A DNA stretch of 25,467 bases from an uncultured Bacilli bacterium (lineage in GTDB: Bacteria; Bacillota_I; Bacilli_A; RF39; UBA660). The DNA lies in the NCBI GenBank assembly GCA_947630095.1, contig CANRGI010000001.1:1-25467 (forward strand), read 5' to 3'. Position numbers and translations under genes: made by a program. Below, piece by piece: positions 1-6,759 of the stretch; position 1 is the stretch's first letter; each line of letters begins with the position of its first letter. The notes under the pieces are model-generated. The model worked only from the letters and a program-made list of their open reading frames with translations. It was not told the DNA's origin and did no database searches.

Positions 1-11
1 CCTTTTATTAG

Positions 12-40
12 ATTATATAATAATTAATGGAAAAAATCAA
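12..40 (-). promoter_or_regulatory. sigma70/SigA-type promoter firing leftward out of the window, divergent from nrtR
   Basis: Minus strand TTGATT (40-35), 17-nt spacer, TATAAT (17-12). Confidence 0.6.
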
Positions 41-41
41 C

Positions 42-71
42 GGCAAAAATGGAATTAAGTCCACTTCTGCC
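42..71 (-). terminator. 12-bp RNA hairpin on the minus strand, terminator-like
   Basis: Minus strand GGCAGAAGTGGA-cttaat-TCCATTTTTGCC pairs fully only with G-U pairs (so minus-strand specific), followed by GTTGATTTTTT. Confidence 0.45.
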
Positions 72-88
72 ATAAAATATTTTTGTCG

Positions 89-117
89 TTGACAAGTGTA
101 CAAAATACACTTATACT
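89..117 (+). promoter_or_regulatory. SigA promoter with an embedded palindromic operator (candidate NrtR box)
   Basis: TTGACA (89-94), 17 nt, TATACT (112-117). Perfect inverted repeat AAGTGTA-caaaa-TACACTT (94-112) with a GT-N7-AC core. Confidence 0.8.
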
Positions 118-136
118 TAAAATGAGAGTGATAAAG

Positions 137-796
137 ATGGAAAAGAATAATCCTCTATATAGAAATCAGGGAATACACGTTATTGGAGCGATTTTTACTG
201 TAGATAAGGGCATAGTTAAAATTCTATTAATTAAAAGAACTAATGAACCGTATAAAGATAAATGGGCTTTAGTAGGTGGTGCACTTTATAATAATGAAGA
301 TTTAATTAATGGGCTAAATAGAGAAATCAAAGAAAAAACAGGAATAGAAAATACACACCTATATTTATCTAATGTTCACGGCAAAGTCAATAGAAGTCCA
401 ATAATGCGTATGGTTGCTATTTCTTATGTAGGCGTAATTGATAAAGAAAAAAATCTACTTAATAAAGTCACAGAAAAGACAAAAGATGCTAAATGGTTTC
501 CTATAAATGAAAAATTACCTAGTCTTGCTTATGACCATAAAGAGATAATTGATACATCTTTAAAAACTCTTCAAAAATTAATTTTTGAAGGTGATATACT
601 ACTACCTTTATTTCCAAATGGTTTTACAATTCCAGAAATACAAAAAACTTATGAAGCAATAATGGGAATAAAATATGATAGAAGAAACTTTAGAAAGAAA
701 TTACTTAATACATCTATGATAGAAGAAACAGATAAAAAGATTATATTTAATGGTAAGAAACCTGCTAAAGTATATATGTTTAAAAAAGTAAAGTGA
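137..796 (+). CDS. nrtR: NrtR-family transcriptional regulator (Nudix domain + C-terminal winged helix)
   Basis: Degenerate Nudix box GALYNNEDLINGLNREIKEKTGI, LAYDH motif, wHTH segment FTIPEIQKTYEAIMG..DRRNFRKKL and C-terminal KPAKVY. The start is moved to ATG 137 because the track start TTG 83 lies upstream of the promoter. Confidence 0.85.
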   Translation: MEKNNPLYRNQGIHVIGAIFTVDKGIVKILLIKRTNEPYKDKWALVGGALYNNEDLINGLNREIKEKTGIENTHLYLSNVHGKVNRSPIMRMVAISYVGVIDKEKNLLNKVTEKTKDAKWFPINEKLPSLAYDHKEIIDTSLKTLQKLIFEGDILLPLFPNGFTIPEIQKTYEAIMGIKYDRRNFRKKLLNTSMIEETDKKIIFNGKKPAKVYMFKKVK

Positions 797-806
797 GGAG
801 AAAATT

Positions 807-1433
807 ATGTTATATTTTAAGAAAAATAATAATGAAATAATAAAATATGAAGTAAAAATTAATAAAGAGGAGTTAGAAAATTTAAGAGAAAATATTATAA
901 ATCAATGTAGTATTAGAAGAATAGTTAAAACTAATCCTTTACCTATTGTATGTTCGCCTAAAGGAGAAAATATAAAGTTTGTAACTAGTAAACTATCATT
1001 TACAAGAGAAGATTTTTATGGTAATACTGATTACTATACTTTTGAGTATGTAGAATATGAGTATCCAAAAATTATAAAATATATTGATTTAGTACTTGAC
1101 GGAAATATAAACGCAATTGATTACTTACTTATGCCACCTAAAGAAGAAAAAATAGATAAAATTAAATGTTTAGAAGAAAAGATAGAAAAATATTCTAAAA
1201 ATGTATTTGATACTAATTATTTAGAAGAAATGCAAAAATTATTATTAGAATTAGAAAAAGAGAAAAAAACAGTAGAGATTAACAAAAATAATTTACCTGT
1301 TGAAACTTATTATGAAAGTATTAGAGAAACTATAACTTTAAATGAATTAGAAAGAATTGATAGAGTTTTAGTTGATAAAGTAAATAGTTTCTTTAATGAA
1401 GAAGGAGTTATAAAGAAATTAAAAGAAAGATAA
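807..1433 (+). CDS. Hypothetical protein (208 aa)
   Basis: Open frame with RBS GAGGAG, 10 nt after the nrtR stop; no recognisable motif. Confidence 0.75.
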   Translation: MLYFKKNNNEIIKYEVKINKEELENLRENIINQCSIRRIVKTNPLPIVCSPKGENIKFVTSKLSFTREDFYGNTDYYTFEYVEYEYPKIIKYIDLVLDGNINAIDYLLMPPKEEKIDKIKCLEEKIEKYSKNVFDTNYLEEMQKLLLELEKEKKTVEINKNNLPVETYYESIRETITLNELERIDRVLVDKVNSFFNEEGVIKKLKER

Positions 1434-1457
1434 TTATATTTGAAAAGAGGGAATAAA

Positions 1458-1691
1458 ATGAAAGACATAAGCATAGATGTTTCTAATTATCAACCTAGCC
1501 AAGTTCTAACTTTATTAAGAAAAAGTACTGGTTTATCTTTGAGCGGGTTTGCTAAACTTATAGGTAAATCTAAAACTTGGGTATATAATAATGAAAAAGG
1601 AATAACTAAATTTTATTTTAATGATTTATTAAATATTTTAAAAATATTAAATTTACAACTAGAAGTATCTTCTATTGAAAGTGAGGGATAA
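1458..1691 (+). CDS. XRE/Cro-C1 family HTH protein
   Basis: LRKSTGLSLSGFAKLIGKSKTWVYNNEKG is a typical XRE HTH. RBS AGAGGG precedes ATG 1458. Confidence 0.8.
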   Translation: MKDISIDVSNYQPSQVLTLLRKSTGLSLSGFAKLIGKSKTWVYNNEKGITKFYFNDLLNILKILNLQLEVSSIESEG

Positions 1692-1692
1692 T

Positions 1693-1905
1693 GTGAAATT
1701 CATTGCTAATGATTTTGAACCTGGGGATACTTTAAAATTTATTAGACAAAATACAGGACTAACTCAAACTGAATTTGCTAAAACTATAAATAAAGGGAAG
1801 GACTGGGTTTCTTCTAGTGAACTTGGTAGAATTAATTTCTTTTTTCAAGATTTTTATAAAATATCTAAAATTCATAATATTAAATTAATTATTAAAAATA
1901 AATAA
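1693..1905 (+). CDS. XRE/Cro-C1 family HTH protein, paralog of the preceding gene
   Basis: IRQNTGLTQTEFAKTINKGKDWVSSSELG. RBS GAGGG then GTG 1693, one nt after the previous stop. Confidence 0.8.
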   Translation: MKFIANDFEPGDTLKFIRQNTGLTQTEFAKTINKGKDWVSSSELGRINFFFQDFYKISKIHNIKLIIKNK

Positions 1906-1952
1906 AAAAGAAATTGACTACGGCTCCAAGCGGAGCTAAGGCAATTTCTATA
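1902..1952 (-). ncRNA. Candidate ~50-nt sRNA (consensus promoter, hairpin, U-tract)
   Basis: Starts just downstream of a perfect minus-strand promoter. Hairpin AGAAATTG..GCTCC-gctt-GGAGC..CAATTTCT (1949-1909) followed by TTTTATT. No ORF. End points approximate. Confidence 0.5.
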
Positions 1953-1957
1953 AATAG

Positions 1958-1986
1958 ATTATACTATATTTTGAAAAATATGTCAA
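1958..1986 (-). promoter_or_regulatory. Consensus SigA promoter
   Basis: Minus strand TTGACA (1986-1981), 17 nt, TATAAT (1963-1958). Confidence 0.8.
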
Positions 1987-1999
1987 ATGAGAAGGAAAT

Positions 2000-2086
2000 A
2001 TGATATCAATAGGAATAATTCTATTAATAATTATGTTTTTAATAACGTGTGTATTATCTAAAATAGCCACTAAACTAGAAGATTAG
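2000..2086 (+). CDS. 28-aa single-pass membrane peptide (type I toxin-like), not in the ORF track
   Basis: MISIGIILLIIMFLITCVLSKIATKLED*: ~19 hydrophobic residues then a charged tail. Purine-rich GAGAAGGA upstream, with short spacing. Confidence 0.5.
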   Translation: MISIGIILLIIMFLITCVLSKIATKLED

Positions 2087-2104
2087 AAATTGGAAATTTA
2101 AACA

Positions 2105-2139
2105 TAGCACTCTATTTATTTTTGAGTGCTTCATATTTT
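2105..2139. repeat. Copy 1 of a ~35-bp near-identical direct repeat containing the hairpin AGCACTC-N11-GAGTGCT
   Basis: AGCACTCTATTTATTTTTGAGTGCTTCATATTTTTC versus copy 2 AGCACTCTATTTATTCTTGAGTGCTTCATATTTTTC (one mismatch). Confidence 0.85.
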
Positions 2140-2303
2140 TCATAATACTTATTTTTTAATTTTATTATTTCTTCCTCCACTTTGTTTTCTTTTAAATATT
2201 TCCATTCTTCCTCTTGTGTCATATTTTTTATTTTTTTACTATGGTAATCTATTATTTTTCTTAATTCTTGTTGCCACTCACATTCAAGTTCTTCTTTATT
2301 CAT
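2112..2303 (-). CDS. 63-aa charged helical hypothetical protein (module A, immunity-like)
   Basis: MNKEELECEWQQ...EKYEALKNK. RBS GAGGTGG before ATG 2303; the track start at 2387 is rejected. Paralog at 2767-2946. Confidence 0.75.
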   Translation of the reverse strand: MNKEELECEWQQELRKIIDYHSKKIKNMTQEEEWKYLKENKVEEEIIKLKNKYYEKYEALKNK

Positions 2304-2568
2304 TCTTCCACCTCTTATATAAAATATTATGTTCAATAGCATATTGAATACTTTTAATGTGTTCAAAACCAAATTCTTCATTATCAAATAAAGGCATTTT
2401 CAATTTTGGCTTTTTATTTCTATCAAATTCATATATATATTTATAATCTATACCTCTTAATTTTGTCAAAAGAAATTGAAATAAATTTAATTTTCATATT
2501 TGACCGAATTTTTTAAAAAAATATTGATGCTTAGTTCTTTTCGTCGTGATAACTTTTATTATTTCATA
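2296..2568 (-). pseudogene. C-terminal remnant of a gene translationally coupled to module A
   Basis: Frame 2493-2296 reads KLNLFQFLLTKLRGIDYKYIYEFDRNKKPKLKMPLFDNEEFGFEHIKSIQYAIEHNILYKRWKNE*. No RBS or ATG at its 5' end. An in-frame TGA (2496-2494) separates a further 24 codons. The stop overlaps ATG 2303. The tail is homologous to 2936-3013. Confidence 0.55.
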
Positions 2569-2731
2569 TCATATTTAAAAGATGTTCAATTTTTTATTAA
2601 AATATTATAGTTGATATCATTGTTAGTTCATTTTTTAAAACTCTGCTATGATTTATGCAATATTATTCATAGATTTGTAGCATCTTACACTAACACGCAA
2701 TTGCGCTACTCAAATTTAAAATATCACTAGT

Positions 2732-2752
2732 ACACTACTTACAAAGTAGTGT
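2732..2752. terminator. Perfect 9-bp inverted repeat downstream of module B (terminator or operator)
   Basis: ACACTACTT-aca-AAGTAGTGT; no clear U-tract on the minus strand. Confidence 0.4.
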
Positions 2753-2759
2753 TTAATGA

Positions 2760-2795
2760 AAGCACTCTATTTATTCTTGAGTGCTTCATATTTTT
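2760..2795. repeat. Copy 2 of the ~35-bp repeat/hairpin
   Basis: AAGCACTC (2760-2767)-N11-GAGTGCTT (2779-2786), overlapping the stop codon of module B. Confidence 0.85.
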
Positions 2796-2946
2796 CTATT
2801 ATTTTTCTTATTTCTTCTTTCATTTTAGGCTCATTTTCATCTATATACTTTTTTTCTTCTTCAATGCTCATATTTTTGCAATCTTTCAATGCTTTTGTTC
2901 CATATTTTTTATAAACATCTTGAATTTCTTTCTCTTTATTTGTCAT
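2767..2946 (-). CDS. 59-aa charged helical hypothetical protein (module B), not in the ORF track
   Basis: MTNKEKEIQDVYKKYGTKALKDCKNMSIEEEKKYIDENEPKMKEEIRKIIEKYEALKNK*. RBS AAGGTGGG. Shares KNM..EEE.KY..EN and EKYEALKNK with module A. Confidence 0.75.
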   Translation of the reverse strand: MTNKEKEIQDVYKKYGTKALKDCKNMSIEEEKKYIDENEPKMKEEIRKIIEKYEALKNK

Positions 2947-3013
2947 TTTCCCACCTTATATAATATATATTATTCTTTAAAGCATATTGAATATTAGAAA
3001 TATGATCTAACCC
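2936..3013 (-). pseudogene. Short C-terminal gene remnant coupled to module B
   Basis: GLDHISNIQYALKNNIYYIRWENDK* aligns to GFEHIKSIQYAIEHNILYKRWKNE* (13/24 identical, counted by hand). The stop overlaps the start of module B. Confidence 0.6.
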
Positions 3014-3057
3014 AGTAATACTAGAAATTTTGCCCAACAAGGACTTTTTTGTATTAT

Positions 3058-3426
3058 TTATTCAGTTTCTTTTTTCCATAATCCGTGTTTATTACAATAT
3101 GAATAAACTGTACTACCTTTTCTATAAGGTAATGCTATGCTTGGTTCGTCTCCTGGAACAAATTTAAACAAACTTAATCCTAAATCACTTACTACGGCTA
3201 CCCACTCTATAAAATGGTCTTCTTCCATTGGGTGCTCTACTTCGCCAATGCTTATATAAATTTTATCTCCATCTATTTTTACATAAGGCACGTGTTTTTC
3301 ACTTGAAGCATCTATGCTATTGGGAACTAACTCAGTCATTTCTTCACCACAACATCTTATATGTGAAGCATCTCCTTCCATTAAACATATTACATTACCA
3401 CATTTTTCACATTTATATAATTTCAT
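3058..3426 (-). CDS. dfx: Desulfoferrodoxin / superoxide reductase
   Basis: N-terminal YKCEKCGN...CCG desulforedoxin site, EKHVP, HPMEEDHFIEW and YCNKHGLW iron ligands. Confidence 0.93.
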   Translation of the reverse strand: MKLYKCEKCGNVICLMEGDASHIRCCGEEMTELVPNSIDASSEKHVPYVKIDGDKIYISIGEVEHPMEEDHFIEWVAVVSDLGLSLFKFVPGDEPSIALPYRKGSTVYSYCNKHGLWKKETE

Positions 3427-3449
3427 ATTTTACCTCCTATTTAATATTT

Positions 3450-3478
3450 ATTTTATAAATTTTTCTCTTTAAAGTCAA
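3450..3478 (-). promoter_or_regulatory. SigA promoter of dfx
   Basis: TTGACT (3478-3473), 17 nt, TAAAAT (3455-3450). Confidence 0.65.
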
Positions 3479-3480
3479 CC

Positions 3481-6400
3481 TTATTCATTTTCATATTTAA
3501 GTAAATCCCTTATATCTTTTTCAGTTAAATTAGATAAATCGGCAATATTTCCATCAGAATTTTCTATTAATTTATCACTTAATAATTTCTTTTTCTTTTG
3601 TAAGTCTAATATTCTTTCTTCTATTGTACCTCTTGCTATTAACTTAATAATTTGCACTGTTTTAGTTTGCCCGATACGATGGGTTCTATCTGTTGCTTGA
3701 TTTTCTGCTTGAGGGTTCCACCATAAATCTAAATGAATTACAACATCTGCGCTTGTTAAATTTAAACCCGTTCCACCACTTTTTAAAGTTATTAAAAATA
3801 CATTAGTATTATCACTATTAAATTTATCTACTAACTCTTGTCTTTTCTTTCCACTTACACTTCCATCTATTGTATAATAACTTATATCATTTTCTTTTAA
3901 TTTCTCTCTAACTATTTGAAAGGCACTTTTAAAACTAGAAAATATAAGTATCTTATGTCCATTTAATATAATTTCTTTAACTACTTTTACTAAATTTTCT
4001 ATTTTTAAACTTTCTCCTTTATAATTTTCATATACAAGTTTAGGGTCTATACATAATTCTCTTAATCTAGTAAGCAAAGATAAAATTTGAAATCTTGACT
4101 TATTAAAATCACTATATTCTAACATTTCTTCCATTTCTTTTTGTACTCTTTTTATTTCACTAGCATAAAGTTTTTTCTCATTTTCTCCTAAATCTATATA
4201 AATATTATTTTCCATTTTAGGAGGTAAATCTTTAAGTACATCATTTTTAAGTCTTCTCATTATAAAAGGCCTTATCATTTGGTTTAAATTAGTTAGTTTT
4301 TTATCTGCTTCTTCGTCTATTTCTCCAAATCTATATCTTGAATTAAATTTACTTAAGTTTGACAAGAACCCTGGCATAATAAAATCAAATATACTCCATA
4401 ACTCTGAAATAGAATTTTCTATAGGAGTACCAGTAAGAGCGAATTTAGTAAGTGCATTTATTTGCTTTACTGACTTTGTTATTCCAGCATTAGGGTTCTT
4501 TATATTTTGTGCTTCGTCTATAAAACATACTCTAAACTGACTGCCTTCATACATTTCTATATCTTCTCTTAACACACCATAACTAGTAATAAATACTTCT
4601 ACACTACTATCTTTTAATATTTTTTTTCTACTGTCTTTTGCGCCTACTAAAACTTTTACATTAATTTCACTACCAAATTTATTAAATTCATTAACCCAGT
4701 TAAATACTAGTGCAGTCGGACATACAATTAAAAATTTACTATTTTTATCTTCTTTAAGTAATTCTTTTATTAAATATATTGTTTGAATAGATTTTCCTAA
4801 ACCCATTTCGTCTGCAAGAATACCACCTAAGTCACATTTGCATATAGTATAAAGCCATTTTATACCATCTATTTGATAACCTCTTAGTATTTCTTTATCT
4901 TTTTTATTAAAATTTATAGTTGCATCTTTATATTTATTAAAATTATTTATAAATTCGTCAAATAAATTATCTGTTTTAATACCTAACTTACGATTACTTT
5001 TTAAACTATCTAAATATATTGCTTGGTATTTTCCTATAGAACCACTTTTATCAAAGTCTAAATTTTCCATTAAATCATTAAGTTCATTTATACTATCTTG
5101 CTCTAAATTAACTATGTCTCCATTTTTTAATCTATAATATTTCTTTTTCTTTCTAAAGGCACTTATTAATTCGTCAAATTCTTTATCAGTAATATCGTCT
5201 AAATCAAATTCGTAGTGCATTATATTATCTTTACCTATAGAAAAAGTACTACTAACTTTAACATTATTCTTTATTTTAACACTCTTAAATGAAGTAGATG
5301 TGTAAACTGAATATAGATTAGATAATTCTTCTAAACCAATATTTATTAAATTTACTATTAATTCTACATTATCTATTATAAATTTATTTTTTTCTATTTT
5401 AAAACCATAACTATATAGATGCTCTAAAATTTCATTTTCAAAATCTACATCTCTTAATACAGACTTTTCCTCTTCAAAATAATCAAAAGAAACATTGCCA
5501 TATTCTAATTTAACATTACATACTACATCATTTTTATTTAAATCAAAATATAATTTAGCATCTGCCTTACTTAAATTTATTTTATTATTTAATTCTTCGT
5601 CTATAACTAAATCATTTCTAACTATAGGTAATATTCCTTTACAGAAGTTATCTAAATTACTTTCTTCAAATACTAGTTCACTTATTCTTGATTTATTTAA
5701 GGCTTCAAAAAGGTTTCTATAGTCTTTACTTAATTTATATATTTTACCATTAGTATAAATATACTTTAAATTACTTGTAAGTATAACCATATCGTCATAA
5801 TCTATATTAAATGCAAATACATATTTATCTTCTTTTTTACTTAATTTAACACTAAAAGGAGAAATATCACTAATACCTCTTATTAAAATATTTTTATAAA
5901 AAAAATCTTTTTCTTTTAACATATCTAAAATAATATTAAGGTCATTATAATCAATAAATAATTTAAATGGGTTTTTGTTTATTAAATAATCTAATATCTT
6001 CTTGTCAGTATCGTCAAAATAATATTTAGAAGCATCATATATAAATGATTTACCAAAAGGTACTTCTCCACCATTTTCATAACTTAATACAAATCTTGAA
6101 AATTTATTATTAAGTAAATACATTTTATCTATACCTATTTTAATTTTTAATGTTATATCAGTTAAATATAATAGTCCTGACTTTAAAGAATTGTGTGAGT
6201 GCCCATAATCTACTACATCTCCGTTTATTTCATATTCTACTTTTAATTTCTTTTTTACTCCACTTTTTCTTTTAGAAAATATATCTATTATTTGACTAGA
6301 TTTATTTTTTAAATAATCTTCAGTATTAAAACTCATTAAATATTCATAATTAATTATAACAGCTGCGACGTGTTCGCAAGAGTGAAAAGACTTAAAATCT

Positions 6401-6621
6401 TCACAAGTACAATTATAAGCAATTATATTAGCCTCTTTCATAGAAATATTAATAGTATTAGTTATTCCTCTAAAATAATCAGTCATAGAAAAAGAATAGG
6501 TATCAAATAAATGCCCGTTTAATTTACTTATAAATTCTATATCTTCTTTTTGATAATATCTACCCATACTAATATGATATGGATATATTTTATCACTAAA
6601 TTGTTGTATAAGACTTTTCAT
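3481..6621 (-). CDS. SWIM-zinc-finger SNF2/SWI2 family helicase-like ATPase
   Basis: SWIM CTCEDF...CEHVAA; motif I LADEMGLGKS; DEAQNIKN; LTGTPIENS; SLKSGG-like LITLKSGGTGLNLT; WWNPQAENQATDRTHRIGQ. Confidence 0.93.
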   Translation of the reverse strand: MKSLIQQFSDKIYPYHISMGRYYQKEDIEFISKLNGHLFDTYSFSMTDYFRGITNTINISMKEANIIAYNCTCEDFKSFHSCEHVAAVIINYEYLMSFNTEDYLKNKSSQIIDIFSKRKSGVKKKLKVEYEINGDVVDYGHSHNSLKSGLLYLTDITLKIKIGIDKMYLLNNKFSRFVLSYENGGEVPFGKSFIYDASKYYFDDTDKKILDYLINKNPFKLFIDYNDLNIILDMLKEKDFFYKNILIRGISDISPFSVKLSKKEDKYVFAFNIDYDDMVILTSNLKYIYTNGKIYKLSKDYRNLFEALNKSRISELVFEESNLDNFCKGILPIVRNDLVIDEELNNKINLSKADAKLYFDLNKNDVVCNVKLEYGNVSFDYFEEEKSVLRDVDFENEILEHLYSYGFKIEKNKFIIDNVELIVNLINIGLEELSNLYSVYTSTSFKSVKIKNNVKVSSTFSIGKDNIMHYEFDLDDITDKEFDELISAFRKKKKYYRLKNGDIVNLEQDSINELNDLMENLDFDKSGSIGKYQAIYLDSLKSNRKLGIKTDNLFDEFINNFNKYKDATINFNKKDKEILRGYQIDGIKWLYTICKCDLGGILADEMGLGKSIQTIYLIKELLKEDKNSKFLIVCPTALVFNWVNEFNKFGSEINVKVLVGAKDSRKKILKDSSVEVFITSYGVLREDIEMYEGSQFRVCFIDEAQNIKNPNAGITKSVKQINALTKFALTGTPIENSISELWSIFDFIMPGFLSNLSKFNSRYRFGEIDEEADKKLTNLNQMIRPFIMRRLKNDVLKDLPPKMENNIYIDLGENEKKLYASEIKRVQKEMEEMLEYSDFNKSRFQILSLLTRLRELCIDPKLVYENYKGESLKIENLVKVVKEIILNGHKILIFSSFKSAFQIVREKLKENDISYYTIDGSVSGKKRQELVDKFNSDNTNVFLITLKSGGTGLNLTSADVVIHLDLWWNPQAENQATDRTHRIGQTKTVQIIKLIARGTIEERILDLQKKKKLLSDKLIENSDGNIADLSNLTEKDIRDLLKYENE

Positions 6622-6759
6622 ACTTCACTTCCCTGTATAAATATATCACACGAACAGAATTTTGTAAATATTTAAGTTAAAAATAATATGATATTATAAA
6701 AGTTGATAACTTATTTCATAACGTGATATAATAAATAAGTAAAGGAGAAAAAAGGAATA

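Noticed and set aside
83-136. Longer N-termini given by the ORF track for nrtR (also 1440, 1675, 2387, 11445, 15980, 24671)
   Set aside because: They overlap promoters or upstream genes; downstream starts have proper RBS spacing.
2106-2130. Functional CIRCE/HrcA operator (also 2760-2786)
   Set aside because: The spacer is 11 nt rather than 9, the outer bases do not match, and the sites are at gene 3' ends rather than promoters. Kept only as a resemblance.
2126-2347. Plus-strand 73-aa ORF (likewise 2749-2997)
   Set aside because: F/L-rich antisense shadows of the K/E-rich minus-strand genes; no RBS.
2494-2496. TGA recoding (genetic code 4 or selenocysteine) in the remnant frame
   Set aside because: TGA is used as a stop in nrtR and the 18337-18951 gene, Trp is TGG elsewhere, and the frame hits TGA and TAA again shortly upstream. 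A nonsense mutation or chance is simpler.
2105-2795. CRISPR array or integron attC array
   Set aside because: Only two repeats about 650 bp apart, no cas or integrase gene, and no attC R/L box structure that I could identify.
3228-3458. Plus-strand ORFs 3228-3458, 5495-5722, 8262-8612, 10460-10648, 10724-11110
   Set aside because: Each lies antisense within a well-supported gene (dfx, SNF2, psd, htrA) and has no independent signals.
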